Below are positions 48,801 through 62,866 of a stretch of 64,000 nucleotides of DNA, in pieces (position 1 is the stretch's first letter; the number at the start of each line of letters is the position of its first letter). The position numbers and the translations under genes were made by a program. Source of the stretch: Psammoneis japonica (taxonomy: Eukaryota); the NCBI GenBank assembly GCA_008632985.1, contig QPGO01000001.1, positions 1,024,404-1,088,403 on the forward strand. The letters are read 5' to 3'. A model generated the notes under the pieces. The model was given only the letters and a program-made list of their open reading frames with translations. It did not search any database and had not been told where the DNA came from.

Positions 48801-50808
48801 ATGGTGAATGGGTTGACAATCAAGCCAGTGATCGGGTTTGCCAACATTTCCAAAAATGTGACAACAAAAATTGCATCACTCAACAACCAACAACCCCTCA
48901 AGAGAAAGAAACAAGAAAAGTGATTCCTCTTTGCACTTGAATTAAAAGAGACAACAATGCACAACAAATGTTCAAGAAGGACAAGAAGCTCTTGAATGCA
49001 TGAAACAAGAAGAGAGTCAATGAACCACTCTTGTTTCGAACCTCTTGCCCTGTTCTCTCCTCCATGGTGGTTGGTTGAAAGGTTGGTGGTGGTTTTTTGT
49101 GAGACTTGCAGCTTGATGCATGTTGATGCATGAACAAATGGCCCATGTGTGGTGTCACCTTTGGAATGTGCCACTTGTGGAGCTTGAGTGGACAGCTCTC
49201 TGTGCTCAAGCTTTGTCCGCCAAATGCTCCGTCAAAGTCCAGATGCTGCCCCATCCCACCCAACCATTGAAAAAAAAACAGTTCTTGCAAAATGCTGTTG
49301 CCTGTTTCCCTCTTCCTCTGCAGAGCAGCTCTCTTGGTGACAGTGCCACCCACACACCAGACTGTGCTCAAGAATGCTTTCCAACCTGCCAGCCAAGACA
49401 CCCAGCTCGGGGCTGTGTGGGCTCGAATCTCTCTCAAGACACAAGCTGCTGAGCATGTTTCTGGCACTGGCGGCAATGCTGAGCCCTCCTTCCTGTTTGA
49501 CTTCCCAGGGGTGTGCCCAGACTGCCTGCATGCTGGCCCAACCACAAGAGTTGCTGTTTGCCAGTTTTGTCAGCAGGATGTGCCAAGGCTGTTCTGGCCA
49601 TGTGTGCCTGGCTGCACCACAATGCAAAGACAGGTGCGACAGCACTTTCTGCTGTCAGCAAAGAGTGTGAGCTGGCTGGACTGCCCAACCCCACACTTCA
49701 CAGTTCCTTGGCAGTCACTCCAAATCAAGTGCCAGCTTGGGACCAACTGCACCTGGCTGGTTGCAATGCAAAGACAGCTGTGACAGCAATTTGTGACAAC
49801 AAGAGAGAGTGTGAGCTGGCTGGGCTCCTGACCCCAGCACAGCCACTTCACAGCCCCTCAGCACTGGCTCCCAATCAAATGCCAACTTGGTGCCAACAGC
49901 CACAAAGCCATTGTTGCAGATCTCTGCACCTGGCCCCTCACACAACATGTGTGGCCTTTGCCAAATGGGCCCCTGGCCAACTGCAGACTCCTCATGGCTT
50001 GCAACAAGCCACCACAACACAGAGCATTGTGGGGTGAATGCAGCACAGCTTGAGCAAGCAAGCCATGCTGGGAGCACCAAGAGCTGGCTGCTGTCCTGGA
50101 GCTCCATTCAAAGCTGAGCTGGGCTGCTTGACTCCTTGGTGGGTGGCACATGCTTGCTTGGCATCACATTGTTGCCAAGCAGAGCCACATGGCATGTGCC
50201 CACCATTTGTGCCTGCAACAGTGATCCCTGGCCACAAAAAGCCAACAAAAAGTTGAGCCTGCTTTTGTGGTTGAAGGGTGAAGAAATTGTGAGTGAGGTT
50301 GGGTTCAAGAGTTTGTTGGCAATGCCAAGTGGGCAGCCAAAGAGAGGCGCCAAAAATGACTGTGTGAAGTGTCTCTCACTCATTTCTCAAGAGGAGCTTG
50401 TGCTCATGATGCGGGGTCTGAAGCAAGCACCAGTCAAGAGGACAACAATTCTTTCCCTCTCTGTTCCACCCAAAACACAGCCTTTGAGTCAATGTGGTGC
50501 TCCTTCAACAATTGATGCACACACTGGGAGGAGCAGCTGTGGAGCCAGGGCAGCAGGCCTGGCAGGGCTTGGCTCACAACCAAGCTGGGCTTCTCAGCTT
50601 GGCAGCACACACTCAGAGTCACATTGTTGCCCTCCTGCAGCTGCAATGTGCCCCACTCTTTGCACCTGCAGCAACCACCCTGGACCAAAAGAAGCCAGTG
50701 CAACTCTGGCCCTGGTTGCATGGTCAAATTGTGTGTGTGTTCAACTGTCGGAATCCCCTCCTTTTTTCCCTTTTCCTTTAAACCGGCCACGAATATGAAA
50801 AAATTGCC
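42877..50808. repeat. Tandem triplication of a 2645-bp unit (42877-45521, 45522-48166, 48167-50808)
   Basis: Near-identical units; each has about 0.5 kb of TA-containing ankyrin-upstream DNA followed by about 2.1 kb of TA-depleted DNA. Confidence 0.95.
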
Positions 50809-50809
50809 G

Positions 50810-53800
50810 CCTTGTGTGCGCAAGTGTGCGTACTGTAGAATTTGTACCGGCATGTGCGGCAATGAAAAAAAGTCTGTCAATCAATGCGTTTTGTGGTTTT
50901 GGTGAACGCTGGACAGACTGGATTTCGTTCTCGTGCTCCAAACGCACTGAAAGGCAGACTTCTTTCAGCAAGCAGCTCGCTCGCTGACTCTCTCTACTAG
51001 CTGCCGGCAGGGAGAAGAGGCGGCCCACATGTCGCAGTTGTTCTGCTGACAACCACATTGGCAAACCCCTGTCCCAACAGAATCCGTTGTTCCCATCAGT
51101 TGCAGCAAAAGAGAGATGAAATGGGGCCCCAGAGTCACAACCACTGTCTCCTGCTTTTCCATTGACCCTCGCTGGCCACTTGCAGGGCCACTGAGCAAAG
51201 GTGTGTGCACTGCCTCTTTGTCTGTCACAGCTGGTGGGGCACATAGAGCAGTGCCAATTCTGACACATCCAGTTTTTGGTGGAGCTGTCAGCACATGGCA
51301 GCTCATCAGGGAACGTCGTTGTTGCAGCGCACTTGCTCTCTGCACATTCAAAGGGTGCCACGTGCCACAGCAAAGACATCAAAGATTTTCTCTTTCTTGT
51401 CACAGTGGACACCTGTGTGCTGAAAATGCACTCTTGACTCTTGCTCTGTGCTGTTGGGTGGCAACTCGCAACTCAGTCATGCTTCTGCCAGTGTGACTGC
51501 CTTGGTGCGGAGCACTGGAGAGCAAGAATGGTGTTGCTCTGTGTGCGCTCTTCTGGGGATCATGACCTGTGCAGACGAGCACACAAAAAGTCAGCATCTC
51601 CCCCTCATCCAACACTTGCCATTGATGTTTGGTTGGTTGCAGGCAGCTGTTTTTCTGAAAATGCAGAGCCAAGGTTCCATTGTGGTCAAGGGCATGATGT
51701 TGCGGCATCATTGTTGACAGCTCAGGTGCAGAGGCAACAGCTTTGTTGGATGTTCTGTCAAGCAACAAGTGCTGCTCTTGAGTGACAGACTTGCTTGAAG
51801 CTGCAAACAGCTTTGAACATTGTCAAAACCACACCCGTCAACCTTGAGGCTTCTCTTCTGCCAGCCAACACAAGAGGAATGCTGCCGCCATTGTTTGCTC
51901 ACTTTCACCTGTGATGACAATCTCCTTTTTGCCAGCAAGTTCATTTTCACAGTTCTTGTGAATGGTGCCCATCTGTTGGCCAAGTTTGTCTGTTGTGCCC
52001 AATGCATCATGGGCATCCACAGCTTGTTTTGTGCTGGTGTCAGGAGCACATGAGCCAAGATCAGCAGTGATGTCCTCGGGCTTTTTCTCGATGCACCAAA
52101 TGATGGCAGCCTCAACAGCTTGTGCATGTGGCTCAATTTCATGGTTGAGAGCATCAAAAAATCAGTCATCCTGCTTGGTGACAGCAGCTCAAGCTGTCTG
52201 CTTGAAGAGCAGTACCCACATGGTGTGGCGCTGGAGAGTCTCAAGCTGTTGCACCATCTGGCTCCCTGAGGCAGCAGCCAACAACCATTGTTGGCATGTT
52301 TGAAGCTCCTCACTTGGCACTGACAGCTTTTCCACATGATCAACAGCCTGTGCACAGAGAGCATTGTGAGTGCCTTGGAGATCCCTTGTCTCCGAGAGCG
52401 GTGTTTGGTCTCCAAAAGACGTGCGAGATGACTCTCTCTCTCACAGGGGTGGTGCTTCAGAGCTGCTGGCACATTCATGAGTTTTGTTGTGAGCACAGAT
52501 CCAGAGACACACCAAACAAAAGGGGGCTGTTGCTGCAAACCACTCTTTTGTGTGGTCACTGCTTGGTCTGCAGCAATGTGTGCACTGGACTTGCCGCTCT
52601 CAGCACAGGAGGTTTTTTTGTTGCACAGAGGGGGTCTTGTGCATTGTGCATTGCCCAAAAGCAGCACATTTCAATGAAAAATGATGTGGCAATGCATCCA
52701 ATGTTTTCAGCATGATTTTACATTGAGTGTCTTAGACTCACCCTTGCAAAGTTTGGTGGAGGCAAGCAAGGCTGTCAATGGGAGTCACTGCGGCTCTCAG
52801 AGTCATTGCGCAGAAATTGTGCAGAAGAGTGCCAGAAAAAATTGTTGTCAGTCTGTCTGCCCATCCATGTTCGCTTGTCTCAACTTCTCGGGAAATCAAT
52901 TGAAATGTTGTCTGACCAAAGGCACTGCTCTTCACCATGTAAATCAGAGTGCCTTTGGTCAGATGACATTTCAATTGAGTTCCCGAAAAGTCACTAGCTC
53001 CAATCACCCTCTCGCATGACATTGTGCACATGTTTTCTACACAACTTGGCACCTTTCCTCATGTGAAAATGCCAATTATGACTCTTGCAACATTTTTTCG
53101 AATGATTCCCATTTTGTGCTGTCCACTTGCTGCAAATTGCCAATCACTTGGCAAAACTGCACGCAAAGCTCCTTCGTTCGCCTCTGAAGGGAAAATTTCT
53201 CTTCGTTGCGATTTTGCACCAGATCCCTGTAGAAATGTGCAGCGCAAAGTCTTGCCGCTTGGCGATGACTCACAAACTCCCCCAGACACAATGCAACATG
53301 GTGAAGCACGGGAATGCATCCAACAATGGCGGCATCCATTGTCGTCAATTCCGCAGCTCTCAACCACGCTTCCTTGCTTCAGCATGATCTTAACGGCAAC
53401 AAAACAGAGCTTTGGTGCTTGCTTTGTTTCCGTTGGCACTTTCACTCACATTTGTTCTCTGTCTGCGTCATTTTGACACCCCAACCAGAGCGTTTCGCAC
53501 AGTGTTTGCTTTTGTTCAGTGGCGCTGAGGCTTCAGTTGTCTTTCAACAACCAAAGCTTGTGAAAGCTGTTCAAATGTTGATTACATGGTGTTGCAGTGT
53601 GGGTGTTCGAGGTGATGGAAGGGCCACAAATGGCTTGCACTTGAGAAAAACAGATCGCGTGACTTGTCATTCTCATGAGTGGGATCTTGAACCAGGGAAC
53701 GTAGCCCATTGAGCAAAATGTTGCATGACAGATAGATGCGCCAGAAGGCAGAGTTTGATTTTGTTGATGAAATTGAATGCATGGCACGCAGCAGTGCAAA

Positions 53801-55100
53801 CACAACCTTTTTTCTATCGGCAGAGCCAGTGGCTCGCTCTCAACTCTCAATGGCGCAAAGCGAAGAAGAGAGCAGAAGCTTTGGTCTTCCATTTCTAAAG
53901 GCAACACATCCAAGAATTGTGGTGGCATTGTTGAATTGTTGACTAGAATGGTTGTCATCGACAGAGTTTAAAAATGCAGCATTGTTGCATTTGCGACACC
54001 CAACACCGATCGAACATTGTCCTCTTGTGGCATTGCAGTGCTGCACCCTGCAACTCCTTGCTGTCAACATTGGGCTAAAGATTTCACAAAATTTCTTTCA
54101 TCAGAGAGGGAACCTCTGCAGCATCCGAAGAGAAACATCAAAGACAGATGCGTTCCAGCTCTGGGTGGGACCTCGCAGCACTGAACTGTGACATCAACAG
54201 TTTTTTGGATCACGCCGCATGTCGCGCACGTAGATGGCTACGTGTGACATTCTACAAAATTGTTTCATGCTTCCTATTTTGCGAAGCCAAAGGCTTTCTA
54301 TTTTCAACATTTGTGACAATGAAAATGCGCTGGGCACATTCTTTAATGTCTGCAGAACACACCCATGCAAACTGTCATTCATGTGCTGCAAGTGTGAAGG
54401 AGGAGATACGTTCGTAAAATTGCCTCTTTTTCTGTTGGCGATTGTGTGCATTTAAATTGATTCACAATTTTAATGCAAAGCTCGCACGCAGAATTCTATG
54501 GGCCCAATGTCACATGGAGTCCCACCTGGGATTGGAACCCGTCGACACCTTTTGTGCATCCAGCTTTCATCTGACTTTTGTCTTCTGGTTTTGCTTCCCA
54601 TTTCTCAGATTCTCATGAGCAGATGCCATGCTTGCCTCTACATGTTCAAGTGCAAAATGGCTTGCAGTCACATCATTGATTTATCAACAGCACTCAACTC
54701 AGCAATCATTTGCAACCCGCAGCCGGCAAAAAGGGTGGTGAAACAATCACACACGAAGCAACCTCCTGAAGGAGTCTCCAACTGGTCCACTGCCAACTTT
54801 TTGCACCTGCATCCAATGAACCGATTGTCCCGGGAATGGTGTGATTGAATTGAGCTTTCATCAGCAAGTCACGACAACAGTGCAACGTTTCCCTTGTGAC
54901 ACTGGCAAGAGGAAACCCACGATGCTTTTTTGACTTGGACCTCATCTTCAATGCAGTTGCTTCGATCAAAGCCACATCACCTGTCACACATGCAGGTCTA
55001 ATTGACCGCACTGCATGATCGCAGTGACAGAAAGTGCGGCAAAGGGTGGCGCCATCATCGCAAACTGCTGATGGTGTTTCACTCATTGTGCCTCGTGTTG
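50810..55100 (-). other. Degenerate TA-depleted coding relic, probably transposon-derived, not classifiable
   Basis: Fragmentary protein-like minus-strand ORFs with no recognisable motif; hairpin-rich right flank. Confidence 0.35.
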
Positions 55101-56006
55101 TTTAGTGAAAGGCGCGGATGACGCGTCGGAGGGAGTTTCTGTAGAATTCTGCGTGGACTGGCACAAGCGTTCAATGAATGGAAATTTTCCTTTCAGCACG
55201 CGATAACCCTGCTTGTCCCTGCTTAGCCCCTGAGGCGCGCAGAGAGCCTCAGGGGCATTCTGATGCCCCTGAGGCCTCTCAGGAGCCTCAGGGGCAGCTG
55301 CGCATGAGGCTGCGCATTTTGCACCAGACAAATCAGCGCACAACTCTGGCGTTGTTTCGCCGCAGGCATGTTGCGATCCCAGAAGAAATTCACACACAAA
55401 ATTCTTGATGCAGCAACAAACACACACAAGATGTTGCGAAACACTTCTTGGAGCATGCAGCTGCATTAAATTCTACGTGTTTGCACCAGGAAAATGTGCC
55501 TCCAACCCATCCGGCAGGCGTGAGCAACATTTTGTGTGTGAGAAAGAGTTCGTTGGGGCAGGCGAACAACATCACTCTACGATGCGACTGGTACAAAATC
55601 TACGTAAATGCACAGACACGCTCTGGAGCATGTCTGTGCAAATTCGAGTTCGTAAATAATAAGCAGGGATAAAGCACCTTTACGCGAGTTTTTGCCAACA
55701 AGTGTTCAGCAATTTGTAGTAACATCCGGGTTTTACACACATTTTCACACGACTGAAACGCGACCAGAAAGCCCACGTCACAATTTCAAATTTCTGCCCT
55801 GACTCACCACTCGAACTCACCAGCCCGGGTCTCGGGTCTCCCGATGCCACTGCCTCCATTTGCATTAAATCGAAGCGTATTGTGCGAAGGGTGCACCCCA
55901 CTACTGTAGAGAAAAGCAGTCTGTGCAAATCCATATTTCCGACGATAAGGTTGTCACTTGATTCTAACCCGCTTTACCGGCATTCAAACACGACCCATTT
56001 CCAAGA

Positions 56007-57535
56007 ATGAAGACAACACTCGTTGCGGCGGGATATTTTCTCGTCATAACGGCAGCTTCCGCTTTCCAGGCTTCGTCTCCTGCCGCCTTTCGTGCTGCAT
56101 CTCGTCATGATTCCGCTCCTAAACTGTTTTCCACCATATCGACGGTTCTCGACATTACGGAAAACGCTCAGCGGGACACATACACCATGGAGGAATGGGC
56201 CAGAAACTTCGGCGTGCAAACTTCGGATGGCTTTGAGATCACCACGAACGATGGAGAGGACTACAGCGTCATGACAACGCAGGATGTTGCCGCTGGAAGT
56301 CCCGTACTTTACGTACCTGCCCAGATGATTCTATCATCAGAAAGCGTCGCAGAGGAATATGGATATGTTCTACAGGAAGCCGAGGAGAAACTTGTCAAGG
56401 GTGGCCTGGGAACCCATCTACCGCTTTTTCGTCTGTTTTTCAAAATCCTGGTCGAGTACGATTTAAGGGATCAGTCGCCTTACTTTCCATGGCTAAACTC
56501 GTTGCCGAGGCGGTAAGAAAAGTAGCTGTGCAGCGCTTTGCCCCATGTTTCTGTATTAAGATGGATGTTGCTAACCTGACGTTTCGGTCCCAATATCTTC
56601 TTTCACTTCAGATTCTACAACGGAGCCTCCATGACATACAAGTGTTTCGAATGTCTCCCTCCCTATGTTGCGTGGCTCTCCATGAAGGAGCGCGACAACT
56701 TTTTCAACTTCTACAAGGCGTTGAAATCTATCCCCTCCGGAGTTCTCAGCGAAGCGTCGATGATATCGTCCGATCGTCAAAAGTGGGCATACAATATTGC
56801 GCTTACGCGGTCTACTGTGCTTGCCAATGGAGAACGCAGAATCGCTCCAATGGCTGATATGGTATGTGTCTCAATAGCGTCATCCTAGCTGCCAGGTGTA
56901 TTCATCGTCTTTGAACAAAAAACTTACACGACGCCTTGCTCGTTACTCTTGTTTAGTTTAACCACGGAGCAGAGCCTGAGGTGGAACTCCAATATGACGA
57001 GGAGGGACAATGCATGGCTTACGCCACAAAAGATATCGCAGCGGGATCCCCACTTAGGATATCTCTCGGTGACCCCACAAACCCTTCTCCTCTGTTTGCA
57101 ACCTATGGATTTCTCGATGATTCGTCTCCCGGAGTGTTCAGCAAGCTAATGCATTTGCAGAAAGAAATGAAGGATTTGAACTATGAATTTAGCGATTTAC
57201 TTTTTTACGACAATGGCGAGATTTCACCCGCGAATTGGGATGTTATCTTGTACAGATTACTCGCTGGGGATGAGAATCTACCGGGGTTCTACGATGCGTG
57301 CATTAATGGCGACGAGGAGACGAAGAATAGCTATCACGAACACTATTTTCCGTACACGTTGGAGGCGATGAAAGAACATGTGGACAAAACTCTTGCAAAC
57401 GTCGAGTCTTTATCGGCAAAGGCGAGGACGATGGACGTATACAACCATCCTCGGGTCCCGGTCATATTGCAGCACAATGATTTTGTCATGAATACCTTCT
57501 ACAAGGTCAAGGCAAATCTCGACGCCATGGGCTAG
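56007..57535 (+). CDS. Plastid-targeted SET-domain protein lysine methyltransferase (LSMT/SETD3-like), exons 56007-56512, 56612-56861, 56957-57535
   Basis: Signal peptide with ASAF motif; SPYFPWLNSLP, WAYNIALTRS, PMADM|FNH, LFATYGF SET motifs; two GT-AG introns keep the frame. Confidence 0.9.
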
Positions 57536-57951
57536 ACAAGACTAGCTAACCATTTTTGAATTTCGCTGTCTCATTATTCCGTAGAGCTATTTATTCCATA
57601 ATGCTTTGATAATTTAGCCGGACGCTTTGCACCCATTTTACGTAATGATGCCCGGAATTCCATACCCGTCCCTTACCTTGAAGAACAAGTCGTGGCACAC
57701 TCGTGGCACACTCGTGGCAAGATTACAATACGCGACCAATCCCTATATAAAAAATGTCGTCACGCATCCACGTCACCGCACCCGCGCTCCGTTTCCAGTT
57801 TCGAAAAATTGGGACGGGTGGTGGGTGGTCCGCAACCTGACTGTTCGTTGGGCTCGTCCACATCATCGATGTGATTGCGTCGGTGTCACGCTATCTCTCC
57901 CTATTAGTCGCCTATCGACAAGATCTGAAATTCGACCCAAGCGGAAGCAAA

Positions 57952-59486
57952 ATGACTGTCTTTCCTGTTTTGACGGCGACTTTTCTCTTCATAGCGGCGT
58001 CTTCGGCTTTCCATGCGTCATCTCCTGCAGCCTGTCACACAAAGTCTCGTCATGTTTCAGTTTCTCCCTCTGGTCTACCTTATCGGCGGTCGACATTACC
58101 GACAATGCTCAAAGAGATATTTACACAATGGAGGAATGGGCCAGGAACTACGGTGTACAAACTTCTGATGGCTTCGAGATCACCACCAACGATGGGGAGG
58201 ATTACTTCGTCATGACAACACAGGATGTTGCCGCTGGTAGTCCCGTGCTTTTCGTTCCCTCTGAAATGATTCTTTCTTCTGAGATGGCCGCAGAGGAACT
58301 TGGCGGTGTGCTCCAACCTGCGGAGGAGAGGCTTGTCAAGGGTGGCATGGGAGACCAGCTGCCACTTTTTCGTCTGTTTGTCAAGATTTTGGTCGAGTAT
58401 GAATTTGGTGATCAGTCTCCTTATTATCCCTGGCTAAACTCTCTGCCAAGACGGTAAGCACTTACTGCTGAACTCTGTGTTGCAATTCTCGAATTTGTAT
58501 GATTGGCGAACATCCTGCTAACTACATCTATCGGGTCGAACTTGTTCACACATTAGTTATTACAATGGAGCGTCGATGACATACAAATGCTTCGATTGCC
58601 TCCCTCCCTACGTGGCATGGCTCTCGATGAAGGAGCGAAGCAACTTTTTCAATTTCTTCAAGGCTCTCAAATCTGCACGTCCTGATATACTCAGCAAAGA
58701 AACAATTTTTTCATCGGATCTTCAAAAGTGGGCTTACAACGTGGCACTCACGCGGTCCACTGTGCTTGCCAATGGAGAACGCAGAATCGCTCCCATGGCT
58801 GATATGGTATAAACTTCTCAACACCGGCATGCCTTGCTGCAATGCGTAATTGTCTTCCTTAGTATTAGTAGTGCGCAAAACTCAAACTCGCTTTTTGGTT
58901 TGTATAGTTTAACCACGGTGCTGAGCCTGAGGTGGAACTCCAATATGACGAGGACGGACAGTGCATGGCTTACGCCACAAAAGATGTCCCAGCCGGATCT
59001 CCGCTTAGGATATCGCTCGGGGATCCCACAAACCCCTCTCCTCTGTTTGCAACCTACGGCTTTCTAGATGATTCGTCTCCCGGAGTGTTCAGTAAGCTCA
59101 TGCATTTACAGAAAGAAATGAAGGATTTGAATTATGAATTTAGTGATTTGCTCTTTTACGACAATGGCGAGATTTCACCGGCGAATTGGGATGTCATGTT
59201 GTACAGATTACTCGCTGGAGATGAGAACCTGCCGGGGTTCTATGATGCGTGCATCAATGGTGACGAAGAGACGAAAAATAGCTATCACGAACACTACTTC
59301 CCCGTCACGCTAGAAGCGATGAAAGATCATGTGGACAATACTCTCGCCGACGTCGAATCGTTGTCCGCACAGGCGAGGACCATGGACGTATCACAGCATC
59401 CCCGCGTCCCCGTGATTTTGCAGCACAATGATTTTGTCATGAATACATTTTACAAGGTGAAGGCAAACCTCGACGCCATGGGCTAG
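57952..59486 (+). CDS. Tandem paralog of the SET-domain gene (exons 57952-58453, 58557-58806, 58908-59486), apparent frameshift near 58068
   Basis: Same intron positions and motifs; SSAF presequence in one frame and mature protein in another; Tyr/TA intact. Confidence 0.75.
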
Positions 59487-60444
59487 AGATGTCGTTATGG
59501 TCAGCGGGATCCGGGGGTAGGAAGCAAGCTCTGAAGCCACAGTTTACATCTAGATGAAAGAGAAATCTGTACTACTGCTTTTGCTACTACTGCTGCTGCC
59601 TTGCTCTTCCTGCCATGCAATTCATTCCCTTTTGTCTCGACATTGTCGAAGATTCAGCCACACCCGGGCCCGGATGGCTGCACTCTCAGCAATGAAAAAT
59701 CCGAAAAATGCATTCCCGCCACATGCCGCACCAGGGCCTGTTGGTGTTGCCACTAGCTCCTTTGCGAGGAGCAAAAAGCCACTGGTCGGACACACAGCAA
59801 TCGTGAAACAAACGAGTTTTATCCACAACCTCCAATGTTTGAATGCACTTTGTTGCGTGGCTTTTTGAATGGGCGTCATTGCTTACATCATTTTTTTGGA
59901 TGCTTGTTTTGATTCACAATCTACATGGCCCCAAGACAGATTGAGAATCTGAGCACTCTTTGACAAGCTGGCTGCTGCACCACAACAAGAAAACAAGAAA
60001 TCTGTCTTGCAGCAGCACCACACACACTCTCTCTTTTTTTGGCTGGCAGGGTCCAACACAAATTAATGAGCTGCTCACCCACACCAAACAAAATCAAGAG
60101 TGCCAACACAAACACAGCATGGAACCATGTGTTGGTGATGAGGAAAAAAAACAGTTGTGGCAAAAGCACGCCATTTGAAGGGCAATCATTTGCAACATTC
60201 ATGATGGTGTCATTTGATGGGGGAGCATTCACAACAGTCATGGTTTCAGTCTCGCACCAGCCAGCACAAAAGTCACTTTGCCCAAGTTTTGTGACAAAAC
60301 TGCTGGAACAAGCATCTGTCCAAATCAAGGTTGTCTTGGGAACATGTGCGGGAGTGGAGACAAAGGTCATGAATGATTGCAGGCAAATTGCAGGCACGAC
60401 CATGATTCTCCTGACAGCACTGCCAAGATGACCAAAGAAGCAGA

Positions 60445-62565
60445 TGTGCGCTGTGATCGAAGAACGAGTGTAAACGAAAGTAGAACAGAGTGCGAAAAGT
60501 GGAAATTATGAGATTGAATTTCACTCTGTGATTTTTGGTTTCTCCGAATGAGTTCTCAATGGCCCAAAGCTTCTGCACTGCTTCTGCAGACAAAAAGGCC
60601 TTTCAGAGAACATGACCGTGACAACAGACAGTCCAGGTGCGATTGGCATTGACACACAAGATGTCAGCACCGTCTGTTGATCGCATTTGAGATTTTCGAC
60701 TTCCAATCAACTCTGTGTGATCATTCTGTCCTTCGCACGCATCCACGACTGTGGCACGATTGACGTGGAAACATCATGTCACAGTCGCATGCTGCACTCG
60801 CCTGCCCAATTGCACATTGGAGTCATTTGTTAAGTGGATCATTCGATGAACATTGACAGCGTCAATGATGTCTCCACGTTCACTGCATTGTGCCATTGGT
60901 GATGACTGTTGTTGTTTTGCATGGGCCACACAGGGCCGTTCCAATTTCCGAATGTCTTTTGAGAGTGACATCGTTTGTTTCTCACTTGGCATGCACACAC
61001 ATGGCACTGCGTCGAGTGTTCTCATTGACATTCTTTGTTGATGTGAACACAAGGACCAACTGTCCTGCAGTGTCTTTCATGATGTCGATTGCACACAGCA
61101 TCATGCCCAGTGCTCAATGTGCACTCACAATTGTGGCATTCTTTGTTCGAAGAACTCGCTTTGAGCATTTTTTGAACTGCTCAGAGACTGCCACAGCATT
61201 CAACTCTTCTTTGCGAGTGGCATCATCGTCATTGCGACACGACCACATGCGATTGCCATTTGAACGGCACCGTTTTGGATCACATTCATTCTGTCCACAG
61301 CGTTCATTTGCTGGTTCATTTTCAAAACAGCTTCAACCCATGATGCAGGCATTCTTTTTTCAAAGATTGGACATTTTGTTCACTTTGGATTGTTCTGGCA
61401 CCATGTGGGAGACCATTTTAGGAACCAAATTTGGAGCCATTTTGGTTTTGGAATCAACTTTGCTGTCAGAGCTTGATTTGCTGCACTCTTTTGTCACAGG
61501 CATCATCGCTGACCTCTGGACAACTCAAACCTCAATCAGCTCATCAAGGGTGTGATCCAATGGCTTGGTGTTTTGGACAGTGAACTGATGCTGCCATCCT
61601 TGTGGTGCAAGTGACACCTGATGTCTCAGTGCTTGGTTTCCCACTGGATTTGACCCAGAATCGATTTGAGGGTCATGTGGATGCTCGTCATTGACCTCTT
61701 GGGTCCAACAGAGACTTTCTTGCTGTCAAGCTGCTCTGGTTTCTTCAGATTGTCTCAAAAATAACATTTCTGATTCTGAAGTGCATTTCTTTGGAAGACA
61801 TGAGTTGAGAGACACTTGGGGCACTTTTCAACGGTTCCTTCTTGCTCTTTGGACTCAAGGCTTGTTGATTCGGTCTCAAAAAACTCTCCAATGGTCTCTC
61901 CTTGCACAGCAGATGCATTTCTTGGACCTGATTGACTCGGGACTTGCACTCTCTGCAACCATGACTTGGTGCAGATTTTTTGACAATGCTGCATGCTTGT
62001 AGAGTCCTTGATCCTCAGGTGCTTGGAGTGAATCACATTGGAACAAATCTTCTCATTTGGCAGACAAAAAATGGTGTTCCATCTTGAGGCACTGCTCGGA
62101 CTGAGCTTCTTCCACTTGGAAATCAATTCCAGCAGAACTGATGCAATTTGTTCCTGTTCATGGAAGAATGTGCAAAGGCACATTGGTTGAAACTTTCACT
62201 TTCTACATTTTTGCCTTCTGTGATGTGTGTGCACAATGCACCATGCTCAAAGAACAAGTGCAAACGAAAGCAGAACGGAGTGCAAAAAGTGGAAATTGTG
62301 AGAATGAATTTTGCTCTGTGATTTTTGGTTTCTCCGAACAAGTTCTCAATGGCCTGAAGCTTCTGCGCTGCCCCCACAGACAAAAGGCCTTTTGGAGAAT
62401 CTGATTGTGACAACAGATGGTCCGAACGCAATTGGCATTGACGCGTGAGATGTCAGCATCATCTGTTGATCACATTTGAAATTTTTGACTTCCGATCAAC
62501 TCTGTGTGATTGTTCTGTCCTTTGCATGCATCCACGACTGCGGCACACTTGACACACAAACAATG
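60445..62565. repeat. Pair of degenerate direct repeats of about 330 bp (about 60445-60775 and 62240-62565) within a TA-depleted block
   Basis: gtgtaaacgaaagtagaacagagtgcg...ttatgag vs gtgcaaacgaaagcagaacggagtgca...ttgtgag. Confidence 0.75.
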
Positions 62566-62866
62566 ATGTGCAATCATGTGTGTGCATGCAACAGCCACAT
62601 GCTGCAGATGCTGCAGTGATCTCTGTGCCCTTGGTCATGCACAGCTGAATGGTGGTCTTGACAGCTCAGCTCAGCTCCCCATGGAATGTGCTGAGAGTCC
62701 CAGCATTGTTTGGAAAAAGTCAGAGAATGATGAGGTTGGCAGAGCTGCACACTTTTGTGAGCTCACTGCTGGTTTTTGCACTTGACTTCATCTGGTGTTT
62801 CTGTCTTGCAGCCTCCCTTCTTTGCCTTTCTTTTTGTGCTCAGCAGAAGCCCACCCTCATCCAGAT

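Noticed and set aside
49550..50245. Indel differences in triplication unit 3
   Set aside because: Single-base losses in short runs, typical of long-read consensus error; not interpreted.
50900..54900. hAT or other DDE transposase assignment
   Set aside because: Only vague motif resemblance; too degraded to support a family call.
60000..62200. LTR retrotransposon defined by the 330-bp direct repeats
   Set aside because: No clear TG...CA ends, TSD, PPT or retroelement motifs between the repeats.
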